This document shows, in pieces, positions 62,058 to 64,000 of a stretch of 64,000 bases of DNA. Made by a program: the position numbers and the translations under genes. Location: assembly GCA_951406725.2 (NCBI GenBank), contig OX597819.1:83948001-84012000 (forward strand), in the 5' to 3' direction. How positions within the stretch are numbered: position 1 is the first letter of the stretch; the number at the start of each line of letters is the position of its first letter. Source of the DNA: Octopus vulgaris. Its lineage: Eukaryota. The notes beneath the pieces were generated by a model. That model ran no database searches and was not told where the DNA came from. It saw only the letters and a list, made by a program, of their open reading frames with translations.

Positions 62058-63304
62058 AAACTCGAAAAACGATGTAACACACACACACACACAAAATTAG
62101 CTTATGCTTGTTTTAATAAATCGCTTGTACATATTTTCACATGTATTTGATTTGGTATTCCACTTGGTGGGGGGGGGGGGGGGTTAAATAAAAAAAAAAT
62201 TATGCGTTTTAAATATGTTCACTGAGACCGACGTAAAGTCGGATAAATTGACTGAAGCTGAGATATGGGTGCACATATGCTTGTGTGTGTAGAAACAGAT
62301 GAAAGTAAACTTCATCAGGAACACAAAGTAAAAAGATTACTTGATGCTGGAAGCAGAGTGTCAAAATATATTTATTACAACTGAAACTTCAAATCTGGTG
62401 ACTGAGTTTCACGTCAACGATCTTCCAACGAGATTTGAATAATAAAGCAGGAAACCATTAAGAAGAATATTCTGATAACGAAAACAAAAACGAAGTTTTT
62501 TAGCAGACGATGGGATGAAAATTTCATCTTTCCTCTATCTCTCCCTCCCCTCACTTTCTCTCCTCTCTTATTTTATGCCCTCATTACGTTGGCACATCGT
62601 ATGCAATGACTCTAGGCTTATTGGAGAGCGGCAGCTTTTATTGCAGTCACAACAGATAAGACAAGCTACTGTGTGTAGTTCATGCTGTACATCTTTGTCT
62701 CTTTAGTTGATTTCCATTATCCTCACCTTCTTTAACCTTTCGTTTGTTTCATGGGGTGTGTTGTCATCCCAAATTTTTTAAATGCTTGCAATTTCTAGTT
62801 GGCAACTTATTTTGGTTAGTATTAAGTTTTGGAATTAGAAGGAGGTGGGGTAAAATGACAATAGATAAATTTTTTATTCCACAATGTATTCATAGTGGCT
62901 TCATGCCGGCATAGCGTGGATTCGATCCTCAATTGCCAAATTTCACTTAACACTTCAACAGCGCTTTTCTCACAATAAAACAATAGTTTTTCTGAGAATG
63001 ACAACAGTTATACATTTCCCAGATGCCTTCGCTATGCAGAATAATGCCTTTGCCTCTCACGAACTTCCGACAACCTCTCTCACGAATCTCCAACAATCTT
63101 TCTCACCAACCTCTGCAAACCTCTCTCGCCAACCCCCAACAATCTCTCCCTCCTTCAGCTGACAGATTTTTGTATTTTTTCGTGGTGGAAAATACACCTT
63201 TTGTGGCAGTTATAACGAAATTGCTTTCTTATATCAGAGTAATAAGTGGTTTCAATAGGACATCCTTACCCCCGGGAATTACCAGGTACACCAGCTAGTA
63301 TATA

Positions 63305-63519
63305 TATGTTTGTCTGTGTTTGCCCCCCACCCCCATCACTTGACAACTGATGTTGGTGTGTTTATGTCCCCATAACATTAGTGATTTGGTAAAAGAGACT
63401 GTTAGAATAAGTACTAGGCGTACAGAGAATAAGTCCTGGGGTCGATTTGTCCGACTAAAGGTGGTGCTCCAGCATGGCTGCAGTTAAATGAGTGAAACAA
63501 GTAAAAGAATAAAAGAATA
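63305..63519 (+). mobile_element. SINE family A, 3' half
   Basis: Matches the reverse complement of 1781-1975. Confidence 0.8.
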
Positions 63520-64000
63520 ATATTCATCACGGATATTAAAAAATTTTACAAAATTGTGTATTCTGTGAGTATTTTCAAAATAAGTTTTTCCTTAATTTTA
63601 TAATTTATTTTATTGCTTTGTTTTATATTAATCAGTTACAAGGGTTTCAAACTTCTCAGCAGTGATTGCAGATATATTCTGAACCAACAGAATCAGTATA
63701 TTTTACATAATACTAAAACTATGCAGCACAAAGTTTTGTCAGTGAACAGGTTGCAGTTTCAAAGCAACAAAAATATTTTGACACAAATTAAATTTAAATG
63801 TTGAAGTGAAACTAACGATTTTTGTGTGTTTTTAAATGGCTTACAAACATCTGCCACACTGCAGTTGTTAAAAATATAAACATTTTTGCATTGGGGTGTG
63901 TAAACACCCCATGTGACTAACCATGTTTGGAAAGGTCATGTGACTATCTGTTATATCCTTATGCCTCCAGTATCATAGTACAGTTGATAATGTTGACAAT

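Overview
AT-rich, microsatellite-dense eukaryotic DNA whose repeat content (tRNA-derived SINEs, Nin-domain SINEs, piggyBac/Merlin/pogo MITEs, Penelope remnants) looks like an Octopus genome; this is inferred from the repeats, not from a marker gene. No host protein-coding gene can be identified with confidence: there is one weak candidate exon at 8880-8993, and most short ORFs in the track are microsatellite or repeat noise. The centrepiece is a retroelement cluster at 41.3-51.2 kb with three parts. (1) An apparently intact, full-length Tx1-clade LINE (46058-51224) with ORF1 (CCHC), ORF2 (APE-RT-zf) and a perfect 17-bp TSD. (2) Head-to-head with it, a separate 1.56-kb element (44321-45881, minus) that has its own 15-bp TSD and encodes only a divergent ORF1 homologue, i.e. 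a HAL1-like 'half-Tx1'. (3) A TSD-flanked Nin-domain SINE (41317-41551) whose last ~45 nt match the 3' end of the Tx1 LINE. All three end in a similar small stem-loop plus A(A/G)TAAAGA with no poly(A) tail. This suggests an autonomous Tx1 LINE that mobilises SINEs and an ORF1-only satellite by recognising their 3' tail. The rest of the window holds decayed Tc1/mariner, RTE, CR1/Jockey-like, CRE, Helitron-like and Penelope-like relics (the last with degenerate minimal hammerhead motifs).
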